This document shows, in pieces, positions 54,969-64,000 of a stretch of 64,000 nucleotides of DNA (positions are counted from its first letter, which is position 1; every line of letters begins with the position of its first letter). The notes beneath the pieces were generated by a model. It was given only the letters and a program-made list of their open reading frames with translations. It ran no database searches and had not been told where the DNA came from. Source of the DNA: an uncultured Thermoplasmata archaeon (GTDB taxonomy: Archaea > Thermoplasmatota > Thermoplasmata > RBG-16-68-12); contig CAVYJM010000017.1 of the NCBI GenBank assembly GCA_963768855.1, positions 64,001 through 128,000 on the forward strand, written 5' to 3'. The translations under genes were made by a program, and so were the position numbers.

Positions 54969-57824
54969 TTAGTACATCTTCGGCTTCGCCTGCGGCTCGT
55001 TCCAGTATGGCCTCGTCGTCACGTACTTCAACTTCGCCTCGAAGAGGTCGTTCAGGAACTCCTTCTCCGTCTCGTCCATCTTCGCGAGGATCTTGCTCGC
55101 GGTGGTCGGGCCCACCCCATACACGGAACTCGCGAACACCGCCCGCTTCCCGTACACCGCCACCAGGTCGGCAACCTGCTTCGAACGCGTGAGCAGCTTC
55201 TTCTCCTCGTCGCTGAGGTCGAGCTTCCGCTGGCGCTTCGCCAGCGCGTCGCGGACCGTCCAGGCCGAGAAAACGAGGACCGTGAGCAACCGGGATCGGC
55301 ACTGCGTGCACTCCGGATGGTCGGGTAGCTCCCCGAGGCGAACCTCCTCATGGAAGTGGCCGCACTCGAAGCATAGGAGATGCACCGGTTCGGAAGCCAG
55401 GTGCAGTCGCATCCGGTCCAGTATCTCCTCCCGTTCCGCCTCCGGAGAGAAGAGTTCCGGCGCCTCGACGTAGCGGCGCAGGATCGGGTAGGCGAGCGGG
55501 GTCGGCGTCTCATCGGACTTGTGGACGACGACCTCGATCTCGCCGGTCCGGATCCGCTGCACGATCTCCCGCACGCGCCCGAAGTCCGCGTGGAGAAGGA
55601 GCGCCTCCCGCACGGCCTCGTCGTAGATGGGGGTGTTCGCGAAGCGAATCTCGAGGGAGTTCAGCTCGCCCTCGCCCATCGTCAGGCCGCGTCGAATCGC
55701 CCCGAACCGCTCCGCGATGAACTTCATGTAGTAGCCGAGAGGCAGGTGGTCCTCGAGTAACGCCTTCAGCCCGCCCTCCAGCGTCTCGTCGTCGATCTTG
55801 AGGAGGTCCTCCACCAGCCCTTCCACGTCGAGCTCGCGCGTGTCCGCGACGAGCTCGTACAGGATGCGGTACGGGTCCGTCCACCAGAACCGCACGAGGT
55901 GCTTTCGCGCGAGGAGCTCCTCCAGGAGGTCGCCCAGGGTCACGTTCACGACCTCGCCGAAGGCCGAGTGGACGATCAGGAAGCGGTCGAACGCCTCCAC
56001 GACGATGCGGTCGTCCGTCGGCACGGGGCATCCGGTCTTGCGGTGGTTCGCGACCTCCTCGACGAGGCGCTTCGCGCCGGTCTTGTTGATCGGCCACGCC
56101 TTCTCGAAGTGGGCGACCGTCTTCTCGAGGCCGCTCTTCGCCAGGCGGCGGTCCATCTCCTTCCGCAGCGCGCCCACCCGCTGCGCGAGGTGGTACGGCA
56201 CGGGAAGCATCTCGCCGTCCCAGCCCGGGATCGCCGCGTTCGGGTCCGCGACCGGCGTGACATAGACGACGCCGTCCTGGCCGATCTTCGCGATCTTCCA
56301 CGGCCGCCCGCGGACGATGAAATGGAGGCCCTCCTTCGCGTGGAGGACCATGAACTCCTCCCCGAGGATGCCGACCTGCCGCTGGTCCGTCAGGTCGACG
56401 ACCGGATACCGCCGCTCGTCGCGGATCGTCGAGAGGTTCTCGTAGTAGTAGCGGCGGCCCTTCGCCGTCACGCGGACGTCCTCACCCTGACGGCGCAGCA
56501 CGCCGAGGTGGTCCAGGAACTCGGCGACCTTCCCGGCCTCTTCCTCATCGAGGCCTTGGTAGGGTCCCGCGGCGCGAATCGTCTTCAGAATCTGACGGAA
56601 GTTCGCGACGCCTCCCTGGTCCAAGGCCAGGCCGACGATCTGATGCGCGAGGACGTCGAGCGCGTTGCGATGCACGTGGAGGTGCTCAAGGTCCTTCGCC
56701 TTTGCGGCCTCGACGACCGCGACGGACTCGATCGCGTCGTCCGCGGAGACGGCGAGGATCGTGCCCTTCGACGTGCGCTCGAGGGTGTGTCCGGAGCGGC
56801 CGACACGCTGGATGAAGGAGGTGACTTGGCGGGGAGACATGTACTGGACGACGCGGTCGATCGACCCGAGGTCCAGCCCCAACTCGAGGGTGCTGGTGCA
56901 AACAAGGCCTTTGATCGTGCCTTCCTTGAACCCGGCCTCGACCCGCTCCCGCTCCTCCCGCGGGAGGGAGCCGTGGTGCACGCCGACGTCCATGCGGACC
57001 ATGGCGAGGCGCGAGCCGAGGAGCTCCGCGAGGGGGCGGGCGTTCACGAACACGAGGGTCGAGCGGCTCTCGTCGAGGGTGTCGTCGATCTCGGAGAGGG
57101 AGGCGGCCGCCTCGGGGGTGATGTAGAGATCCCGCGCGGTCTCGAAGTCCTTGTCGATCGGGCGGGGCCACTCGACGTGGTACTCCATCTTCTTCTCCAT
57201 CGAGGAGAGGAGAATCTCGAGGGGTTCCTTGCCGCCGAAGAGGGCTGCGATCTCCTCGGGGTGGCCGACCGTCGCGGAGAGGCCGATGCGCTGGAAGTCC
57301 TTCTCTGTGATGCGGCGGAGGCGCTCGAGGGCGATCGCAAGCTGGACGCCGCGGCGGTCCTCCGCGAACTGGTGAATCTCGTCGATGATCACGAAGCGCA
57401 CGTTCCGCAGGTGGCGCTGCATGATCTTTCCGGGGAGGATGGCTTGGAGGGTCTCCGGGGTGGTGATGAGGATGTCGGGAGGGTCCGCGGCTTGCTTCCG
57501 GCGTTCGGACGGAGGCGTGTCTCCGTGGCGGACTGCTGAGGTGAGGTGAGTGTCCGCGACGAGGCGTTTCACGCGGTCGGTGAGGTTTCGGTTGAGCGCA
57601 CGAAGGGGCGTCACATAGAGGAGACGAATCCCTTTGCCATTCTGGTCAAGGAGGGCGGAGAGAATAGGGAGCAGGGCCGCCTCGGTCTTCCCTGAACCGG
57701 TCGGAGCGACGATTAGAGGCTGAGAGCCTTCGTTGATCGCCTTGCCTGCTCGTATCTGCATCCGGTTGAGCTCTCGAATGCCAGCACGCGATTGGAATGG
57801 ATTGGCGTGTTTGGGGGGAGACAA
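54969..57824 (-). CDS. lhr: Lhr-type ATP-dependent DEAD/H helicase (start uncertain: TTG 57824 or ATG 57761)
   Basis: APTGSGKT, YVTPLRALN, RHGDT, TTPETL, DEIH, GLSATV, HHGSL, TSTLELGLD, QRVGRSGH and a C-terminal CxxC..CxxC. Confidence 0.92.
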   Translation of the reverse strand: MSPPKHANPFQSRAGIRELNRMQIRAGKAINEGSQPLIVAPTGSGKTEAALLPILSALLDQNGKGIRLLYVTPLRALNRNLTDRVKRLVADTHLTSAVRHGDTPPSERRKQAADPPDILITTPETLQAILPGKIMQRHLRNVRFVIIDEIHQFAEDRRGVQLAIALERLRRITEKDFQRIGLSATVGHPEEIAALFGGKEPLEILLSSMEKKMEYHVEWPRPIDKDFETARDLYITPEAAASLSEIDDTLDESRSTLVFVNARPLAELLGSRLAMVRMDVGVHHGSLPREERERVEAGFKEGTIKGLVCTSTLELGLDLGSIDRVVQYMSPRQVTSFIQRVGRSGHTLERTSKGTILAVSADDAIESVAVVEAAKAKDLEHLHVHRNALDVLAHQIVGLALDQGGVANFRQILKTIRAAGPYQGLDEEEAGKVAEFLDHLGVLRRQGEDVRVTAKGRRYYYENLSTIRDERRYPVVDLTDQRQVGILGEEFMVLHAKEGLHFIVRGRPWKIAKIGQDGVVYVTPVADPNAAIPGWDGEMLPVPYHLAQRVGALRKEMDRRLAKSGLEKTVAHFEKAWPINKTGAKRLVEEVANHRKTGCPVPTDDRIVVEAFDRFLIVHSAFGEVVNVTLGDLLEELLARKHLVRFWWTDPYRILYELVADTRELDVEGLVEDLLKIDDETLEGGLKALLEDHLPLGYYMKFIAERFGAIRRGLTMGEGELNSLEIRFANTPIYDEAVREALLLHADFGRVREIVQRIRTGEIEVVVHKSDETPTPLAYPILRRYVEAPELFSPEAEREEILDRMRLHLASEPVHLLCFECGHFHEEVRLGELPDHPECTQCRSRLLTVLVFSAWTVRDALAKRQRKLDLSDEEKKLLTRSKQVADLVAVYGKRAVFASSVYGVGPTTASKILAKMDETEKEFLNDLFEAKLKYVTTRPYWNEPQAKPKMY

Positions 57825-57931
57825 AGGTAGCGTCGAACCTCGAGCTACGCTAAATAGGTACCTGGCAGTGGGCAAACTGGCGTCCCCCGTGGTCCAAGAC
57901 AGTGACTCAGATCCACCCACAGCATGGACAC

Positions 57932-58474
57932 CTACTCGGAGAACCGCGACTCAAGCAGCGACATAGTCTCGGCATCTTCGCCTTCAGTCTTCCAAAAGGA
58001 GACTGTATATTGACGACCATCGACGCCAAGGAGGTTCAAGCCAATCCAGGCACCCTCCTTTCGAGCCTTGCGGATGCGCTTGGACCGGAGCAATCCGGTG
58101 CGGACCTCACAGAACTGCCTGACACCGGAGCCTTCCAATTGCTTGAGAGACGCGGCCTTCGCGAGAGCCGCGGGCATTCCCAAGGGGGTCATGTCTCCCT
58201 TAACCTCCCTCCATGCATCAATGTCCCGAATCAGAACGATGCGGAGAGTCGTCACATAGAGACGACTCGATACCTTCTTGCTGAACCCTGCGAAGATAAC
58301 TCTCGACAACACTCGACGCCAAGGCGATCGCGCATTCATGTCCCAGCCCTGGGCCATCCTAATCAGAGACTCCCCGGGCTCGAGTATTAGCCCCCCGAGG
58401 GCATCGTAGACGGTGAGCCGGCCCTCGATGTCCCCGGCACGGACAATGCTAGCGGGCTGATGCTGTCGATTCAT
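57932..58474 (-). CDS. Hypothetical protein, 180 aa, atypical composition; possible PH-like fold
   Basis: Starts 1 nt after the stop of the giant gene. Contains SRLYVTTLRIVLIR; A/T-richer codons. Confidence 0.6.
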   Translation of the reverse strand: MNRQHQPASIVRAGDIEGRLTVYDALGGLILEPGESLIRMAQGWDMNARSPWRRVLSRVIFAGFSKKVSSRLYVTTLRIVLIRDIDAWREVKGDMTPLGMPAALAKAASLKQLEGSGVRQFCEVRTGLLRSKRIRKARKEGAWIGLNLLGVDGRQYTVSFWKTEGEDAETMSLLESRFSE

Positions 58475-58475
58475 C

Positions 58476-61400
58476 CTATGGAGCCACCAATATAGTGGGA
58501 GACGGCGGATTGAGGTTATTGCAGAATCTCATCGACTCCGCCAACGCTGAAAGCAACGCGCCAAGCGCATCTTCTGCAATTGCTGAAGGGATTTCGCCAC
58601 CTAGAATATACTCGAAAAGGAAGACTATCGTGGAGCCGGGTGAGCTAGTCAGCTTTGCTGCGAGTCGATTCGGCACAATCCCGAGTTGATTCTGGAGACC
58701 AACTGCGAGGCCAAGTCCCAACTGCCAGCCGATGGAGAGAGCTGGCCCATAGAGGGGAACCACGCCGAGTGAGGTGTCGAGCACCGTCGCTCCGACGGCC
58801 TCGTAGTGGGAAAGACTCTGAATGGCATCTGCAGAGGTGGCAGCAAGGAACAGTTCGTATGACGCAAGGATTCCACCAACGGCGAGAGTTGCGGCCATGC
58901 CTACCTTGAGCGATACACCGCTACGGATCGCGCTCCCTTCGAAAAGGCTGGGGGCAAGCACAACCTCGCTCCGGACTATCCCGAAGACCGTTACAGCTCC
59001 TGCGAACGCGTAGACCGTTCCCCTCAGGGCATCTCCCTCCATGTATGCCAGGACCGCTTGACTGCCAAAGATGACCAACGTCGCGCCGATCGCGGCTCCC
59101 TGCAGCCCCGTGCGGAGGTTGAAGTTCCTCGCACCGGACAGGATGACCGAGTCGTCCAGATCATCCAGGATCTCGGCGTTCCCAAGCTCCCATTCCATCG
59201 AGAAGGAGTCCGTGGTGGGATACCCGATGTCCGGACCGAACGTTTGGATATTCACCGTTCTCGTTCCGGAGGCACTGACGAGGTAGATCGGGTTCCACTC
59301 GACGGCCCCACCGATCGTCACTGCGGTCACGTAGGATCGGTCGAATGCGAGCTCGCCTCCGATCCACGCCGGCAAGGCGGCCGTGGTCGGGACGAGACGG
59401 GCGACCAGCTGGCTCGTCAGGGAGACCCCGCGACGGATGATCTTCAGAATCGCGAGGTTCGTGCCGAGCGCGTCGCGACCATCGCGCACCCATTGGTCCG
59501 GAGAGGACCAGGCAATCGTCGCCTGGAACTCGGCGATGTCCTGCTCCGTGTCCGCAGACAGCCAGATGGCATCCGCGGATTGGGCCACGGCATCCTCGAA
59601 GGCGCTCCCGACACGGTATACATAGACGGAGTACGGGCCGTAGGCATGGAGGCCATCCGCGACTCCTTCGATCGACCCGGGAAGGGCAACGTTCAGGTCT
59701 GTGAGGTCAACGTCGAGTCGGGCCACGATCCGTTCCGCCAACCGCTCGACCTTCGTGATCGCCGCTCCGACCGTGATCGTCGAGGCGTTCAGAGCCGTCT
59801 TCTCGATGTTGCCGCTCGCACTCCGGAGCCACACCGGAACCACGTCGAGAACGGCGTACAGGCGTCCGTCGCGCAAGATCGCGTTCCCCGGCTTCGCGAC
59901 CTCCTTCGGGATCCGCAGGACGAACTGGTACGCGTGATCGTCCGTCCTCGCGCCGAGCGCCACACTCTGGTAGTAGGGAGAGGACCCGAGGAAGTCGGAG
60001 CTCCGGTGGAGGGAATACTGGAAAGCCGGCACGATGACGAGCCCCTCGGGCGTCCGTGTGCCCCGATCCGTATCACCACGGATCGAGACCTGCACCAAAA
60101 GGGTCTGCGAGACATCCGGGACGAGAGGAATCTCGAGGGTCGCGTGGTCCAGGGAGGTCCCGTACTCGTCCGTCGTGCGGACCGGCGCGACGTTGACGAA
60201 ATCGACGTCCCAGAGGTGGTTGTGGTTCGTGTACTCGATGATGTACTTCCGCGGAGCCGTCACCGAACAGGCGCCCCGCTCGTACGTGAACAGGCCGGAG
60301 CCTTCGAGCCCCATGTACCGCATCCCCAGTGCGGTGTAGTTCGTCTCGCCTCCCGCCAGGAAGGTCTTGTTGATCCAGCCCGCCACGTTCGACGCAGACT
60401 CGTCGCTGCTCCGCGTCGCCTCCGCCGTGTGCTCCGAGAGGAACACACACGTGTCGTCTTCGACGTTGTAGGTCCAGATCGCGGCGTACGCTCCGTGCAC
60501 GTCGAGCGCGTGGAACCGCTGGGTGAACCGGATGAGGCCCGGCGCGAAAGAGCTGGTCCACGGAAAAGCCCAGGTCTCGGTCGGGGCCAGGTCGATCCCA
60601 TCGAGGAGTCCGTCCGCGTCCGAATCGGAAGCGAGGGGGTTCGTCGGCCGCCGGTTCGTGCCCCGGATCTCGTCTCCGTCGGAGAGGCCGTCGTGGTCCG
60701 TGTCCGCATCGGACGGATCCGTCCCGAATCCAACGAGATCTGCGCCGCCCCACTCTGCCGCGTCCCCGAGTCCGTCCCCGTCCGTGTCCCGCGAGACCGG
60801 GCTGGTGACGACGGACCGATCCGCCGGTGCGCCGTCAATCACCAAGGAAAGGGGATGCGGCGTGACCTCGAATCCGTCGCCCAGCGTATCGGCATCCGTG
60901 TCCGTTCGCGTCGGGTCCGATCCGTATGTGGATCGCTCGGCGCCGTCGGCGAGCCCGTCGCGGTCCGTGTCGGGCTCGTTCGGGTTCGTCACGTTCCACT
61001 CTGGCGGCGGGTCGACTTCGTCCCCGTCGGGGAGGCCGTCCGAATCGGTATCTGGATTGAGCGGATCGGTCCGGACGACGCGCTCGTGGGGTTCTCCGTC
61101 CACCGCATATGCGATCGTGTGCGCGGAGGACTCCCAACCGTCGGAGAGGCCATCGCCATCGAGATCGGCGAGAACGGGTGACATGTCCGGCAGGGCCCGC
61201 TCCTCGCCGTCCGCCAGGCCGTCCCCATCCGTGTCCGCACGGTCGGGGGACGTCCGGGCCGCGAAGCGCACGGAGGCTCGCTGGATGAACCCCCCGACAT
61301 CCGCGCCGTGGTCTCGCACCACGAGCCGCCATATCCCCGAGCGCGCGAAATCGTAGGCGGTCAGGTTGGACACGACAAGTCCATCGGACGTCGACCCTTG

Positions 61401-63107
61401 TGCATCGCGCAGCGCGTCGAGGACGAGCGAAACGCCATTCGCAGTGCGAACGACCTGAGGATGCCAGGGGACCTGGAGACCTTCGGAGACCTCGAGGCGC
61501 TCGCCGGACGCGACCGTGAGGCCCCACATCCGTGGCTCCGCGCGCAGCGGCGCAAGGTTGCCGACGCTCGTTCCTCCGGTGAGGTTGCAGGCGGGGTAAC
61601 AGGGAGGCGGGGGAGTCGAGACCTTGTTGCTCACGCTGACCGTGAGCGAGCGGCTCGCGGCGTTGCCTGCGGCGTCGGCGGCACGCACTTCGATGACGTG
61701 GTCCGCGTTCGTCAGGTCCATGGTTTCGTAGAGGAATACGAAGGGGTCCTGCTCGCGGGTCTCGACCCGCACCCCGTCGAGGAGGAGCTCGACGGACACG
61801 ACGCCTTGGGCGTCATACGCCCCGACGGAGACCCCCAGGAGACCGCTGACGGTCTCCCCGGCGCCAGGCGATAGGATCTGCAAATCCGGTGGCGTCCGGT
61901 CCACGACGACAGACAGCGGGGCGGAGAGGGCCGCCGTCTTCCAGTCCACCGAGGGACCTGTCGCCTCGACCTGGAGGGACACCGGTCCTTCCGCGAGTGC
62001 GTCCGTCGGCCACTCCAGCGAAAACACGTCCGACGCGTCGAGGGGCTCCACCGGGCGCTCCACCCCGTTGACGAGGAGCCGGACCCAGCCGTCGGCAACT
62101 GCGGGCGAAACGCGACCTGTGACACGGACATCCCCCCGGACGCTCCGACCCGGTGCAGGAGATGTGATGGCCACCCCGCGCTCGAAGGCGCCGGGATCCC
62201 AGAGGAGATAGGATTCCTCCCGCGTGCCATTGCGCGTGACGAGGCTCACGGACAGATCGTCCGGCCGAGGATGGACGAGGTCGACGGCCACGACCCCGGA
62301 GACCAAGTCCCCTGAGACGGGAGGCCCAATCAGGGAGAGGTTCACTTCTCGGAGAGGCGGCAGGATGATCGGGACTTCCGGTTCGGAGAGCTGGACGGCG
62401 TGGATCCGGGTCTCCTCCTCGAGATTCCGGAGGCCGTCCCCATCCACGTCTCCCGAATCCGCCTCCAGGGCGAAGTCGTCGAAGTACAGGCCGTACGACG
62501 CCCCGGTGAGGCCTGCGGCGCACAGGAACCCGACGGCCACCTTGACGGACGCGGCCGAGCGCCAGGGGGCCGAGGGGAAGTCCGCGGCCGGGTTCCGACC
62601 GACATCGATCCAGGTGTTGAGCATCGGCTGGTCGTCCAGGAGGACGTCCGAGAGCGTGGGTGCGCACCGGCCCGCGTTCTGGCTGGCGTGGTACGCGGTC
62701 ACGTACCGGTACGTGCCCAGGGTCGCGTGCCTCGAGTCGAGGAGCTCCAGAGAGATCCCCGCGGCGTAGGCATCCCATGGCGACGCCACCGTGTCCTGCA
62801 GGGAGTCGTAGAGGAGGGAGAGCCGGAGCTCGCCGAGGGGCGCACCGCGGGTTGAGAAGATCGCGTACCCGTAGGCGGCGCCGAAGTCGCGGACGCTCCA
62901 TCCGTGGATCTCGACCCGATAGGCGCGAAGGCCGGAGTGGGCAAGGGCCGTCGAATATCCCGCGCTCGCGCGATCTCCCAGGTGGAAGTGCGTGAACGAG
63001 ATCCAGAAGTCGTCCTCGAAATCATCCGTGAGCGCGTCGCGCTGGACCGGGACGAGGACCAGGAACGCGACAAGGAAGACGCCAGCTATCTCAAGAGAAC
63101 GCCGCAA
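58476..63107 (-). CDS. Giant secreted protein (1543 aa): split P-domain-like module, Ig-like domains, nine DxDxDG Ca-binding repeats and a hydrophobic helical C-terminus
   Basis: TTG start and signal-like N-terminus. VDLVHPRPDDLSVSL and WRLVVRD...G.IQ P-domain halves, DRTPPDLQILSP...AADAAGN Ig, DTDGDGLxDGxE repeats, and Gly/Ala-rich hydrophobic helices. Confidence 0.85.
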   Translation of the reverse strand: MRRSLEIAGVFLVAFLVLVPVQRDALTDDFEDDFWISFTHFHLGDRASAGYSTALAHSGLRAYRVEIHGWSVRDFGAAYGYAIFSTRGAPLGELRLSLLYDSLQDTVASPWDAYAAGISLELLDSRHATLGTYRYVTAYHASQNAGRCAPTLSDVLLDDQPMLNTWIDVGRNPAADFPSAPWRSAASVKVAVGFLCAAGLTGASYGLYFDDFALEADSGDVDGDGLRNLEEETRIHAVQLSEPEVPIILPPLREVNLSLIGPPVSGDLVSGVVAVDLVHPRPDDLSVSLVTRNGTREESYLLWDPGAFERGVAITSPAPGRSVRGDVRVTGRVSPAVADGWVRLLVNGVERPVEPLDASDVFSLEWPTDALAEGPVSLQVEATGPSVDWKTAALSAPLSVVVDRTPPDLQILSPGAGETVSGLLGVSVGAYDAQGVVSVELLLDGVRVETREQDPFVFLYETMDLTNADHVIEVRAADAAGNAASRSLTVSVSNKVSTPPPPCYPACNLTGGTSVGNLAPLRAEPRMWGLTVASGERLEVSEGLQVPWHPQVVRTANGVSLVLDALRDAQGSTSDGLVVSNLTAYDFARSGIWRLVVRDHGADVGGFIQRASVRFAARTSPDRADTDGDGLADGEERALPDMSPVLADLDGDGLSDGWESSAHTIAYAVDGEPHERVVRTDPLNPDTDSDGLPDGDEVDPPPEWNVTNPNEPDTDRDGLADGAERSTYGSDPTRTDTDADTLGDGFEVTPHPLSLVIDGAPADRSVVTSPVSRDTDGDGLGDAAEWGGADLVGFGTDPSDADTDHDGLSDGDEIRGTNRRPTNPLASDSDADGLLDGIDLAPTETWAFPWTSSFAPGLIRFTQRFHALDVHGAYAAIWTYNVEDDTCVFLSEHTAEATRSSDESASNVAGWINKTFLAGGETNYTALGMRYMGLEGSGLFTYERGACSVTAPRKYIIEYTNHNHLWDVDFVNVAPVRTTDEYGTSLDHATLEIPLVPDVSQTLLVQVSIRGDTDRGTRTPEGLVIVPAFQYSLHRSSDFLGSSPYYQSVALGARTDDHAYQFVLRIPKEVAKPGNAILRDGRLYAVLDVVPVWLRSASGNIEKTALNASTITVGAAITKVERLAERIVARLDVDLTDLNVALPGSIEGVADGLHAYGPYSVYVYRVGSAFEDAVAQSADAIWLSADTEQDIAEFQATIAWSSPDQWVRDGRDALGTNLAILKIIRRGVSLTSQLVARLVPTTAALPAWIGGELAFDRSYVTAVTIGGAVEWNPIYLVSASGTRTVNIQTFGPDIGYPTTDSFSMEWELGNAEILDDLDDSVILSGARNFNLRTGLQGAAIGATLVIFGSQAVLAYMEGDALRGTVYAFAGAVTVFGIVRSEVVLAPSLFEGSAIRSGVSLKVGMAATLAVGGILASYELFLAATSADAIQSLSHYEAVGATVLDTSLGVVPLYGPALSIGWQLGLGLAVGLQNQLGIVPNRLAAKLTSSPGSTIVFLFEYILGGEIPSAIAEDALGALLSALAESMRFCNNLNPPSPTILVAP

Positions 63108-63313
63108 GAACCCCTACCCCCACACGAGTCGAAGGGCCCGAGAAGCCCTTCCAGATCCTCCGCCGCCGGGACGTGGATTTCAGTTATATCAAGATGCGCA
63201 GCGAGTGTGGCAGGAGGCTGTCAGCCCAGGAAGGATTTCGGCGCGCATCGAGAGAACCGAAATCGGAAATCGCCATTTCGGAACACCGAATCGGAATAGC
63301 CCAATCCGCAAGT

Positions 63314-63320
63314 GATATAA
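63314..63320 (+). promoter_or_regulatory. TATA-like element (GATATAA) upstream of the rhodanese gene
   Basis: AT-rich box about 43 nt before ATG 63363; a second AT-rich run TATTATTT lies at 63326-63333. Confidence 0.4.
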
Positions 63321-63362
63321 CGGTGTATTATTTCCTGGTCCATCCTCAATCGGTGATACGAC

Positions 63363-64000
63363 ATGACCGACTACGCGCATCCGGAAGTCCTCGTCGACAC
63401 GGCCTGGGTCCAGAAGCACCTGGAGGACCCGAAGGTCCGGATCGTCGAGGTCGACTACGACCCCGCGGCGAACTACACCCTCGGCCACATCCCAGGCAGC
63501 GTCCTCGTGGACTGGCGGAAGGATATCAACGACCCCGTGTCCCGGGACATCCTCTCCAAGGAGGCCCTCGAGGCCCTCCTCGGCCGCCTCGGGATCTCGA
63601 ACGCGCAGCGGATCGTCCTGTACGGGGACTTCAACAACTGGTTCGCGGCGTTCGCGTTCTGGGTGCTGGCGTACTACGGCGTGCGGAAGGTCGTCCTCCT
63701 GAACGGCGGGCGGAAGAAGTGGATCGCGGAGGACCTGCCCCTGTCGAAGGACGTGCCGGCGTTCCCGGCGTCCACGTTCGCGGCGAAGAACCCGAACAAG
63801 AAGCTCCGCGTCTACCTGAAGGACGTCCAGAAGATCGTCGAGAAGAAGGACGCGGTCCTCGTCGACGTGCGCGGCCCGAAGGAGTTCTCCGGGGAGATCA
63901 CCGCGCCGCCCGAGTACCCGACGGAGCACGCGCAGCGCGGCGGGCACATTCCCGGGGCGCGGAACATCCCGTGGGCGCAGGCCGTGAACGAGGACGGGAC
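63363..64000 (+). CDS. Thiosulfate sulfurtransferase (tandem rhodanese, CysA/TssA-like), 3'-truncated by the window
   Basis: Hand translation: MTDYAHPEVLVDTAWV...GHIPGSV.VDW...YGDFNNWFAAFAFW...LLNGGRKKW...LVDVR..KEFSGE...EHAQRGGHIPGA. Confidence 0.92.
   Translation, partial: MTDYAHPEVLVDTAWVQKHLEDPKVRIVEVDYDPAANYTLGHIPGSVLVDWRKDINDPVSRDILSKEALEALLGRLGISNAQRIVLYGDFNNWFAAFAFWVLAYYGVRKVVLLNGGRKKWIAEDLPLSKDVPAFPASTFAAKNPNKKLRVYLKDVQKIVEKKDAVLVDVRGPKEFSGEITAPPEYPTEHAQRGGHIPGARNIPWAQAVNEDG

Noticed and set aside
57902-58390. 162-aa plus-strand ORF in the low-GC block
   Set aside because: Antisense to the 180-aa ORF, which is co-oriented with and tightly coupled to its neighbours; no motif support.
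60590-61245. Repeated GTCC/GTGTCC-rich DNA motifs as a DNA repeat array
   Set aside because: Explained by the encoded DxDxDG peptide repeats; spacing follows codons.
63189-63947. 252-aa minus-strand ORF
   Set aside because: Shadow of the plus-strand rhodanese gene, which is missing from the track only because it runs off the window.

Overview
High-GC archaeal DNA, most likely from a Thermoplasmata-type euryarchaeon. The evidence is PolD small subunit, Orc1/Cdc6, topoisomerase VI A/B, a Thermoplasma-type zinc ferredoxin, a DUF835 protein and TATA boxes about 22-29 nt upstream of many start codons. About 56 protein genes and one tRNA-Arg(GCG) are supported; most other ORFs in the supplied track are antisense or frameshifted shadows. 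Housekeeping content includes a DP1-metallophosphoesterase-signal peptidase-cdc6 block, nadE, valS, a DRG GTPase, arcC, top6BA, a three-gene 2-oxoacid:ferredoxin oxidoreductase operon, adk, pckG, lhr and a rhodanese. Most notable: (1) a 258-bp cassette at 17080-17359 in which a single 82-aa ORF is bracketed by two directly repeated 22-bp palindromes (CRTACCTCT-AAGY-AGAGGTAYG) showing a compensatory base-pair change, resembling a minimal site-specific recombination or operator cassette; (2) a 1543-aa secreted Ca-binding-repeat protein whose hydrophobic C-terminus, downstream orphan gene and the 5' end of lhr form one A/T-richer block, like a polymorphic toxin/immunity module; (3) a cluster of two MFS transporters, a corrinoid protein and two non-pyrrolysine MttB-family methyltransferases; (4) a candidate origin region upstream of cdc6 and several structured intergenic regions. 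All family calls are by-eye motif recognition; no database search was run.
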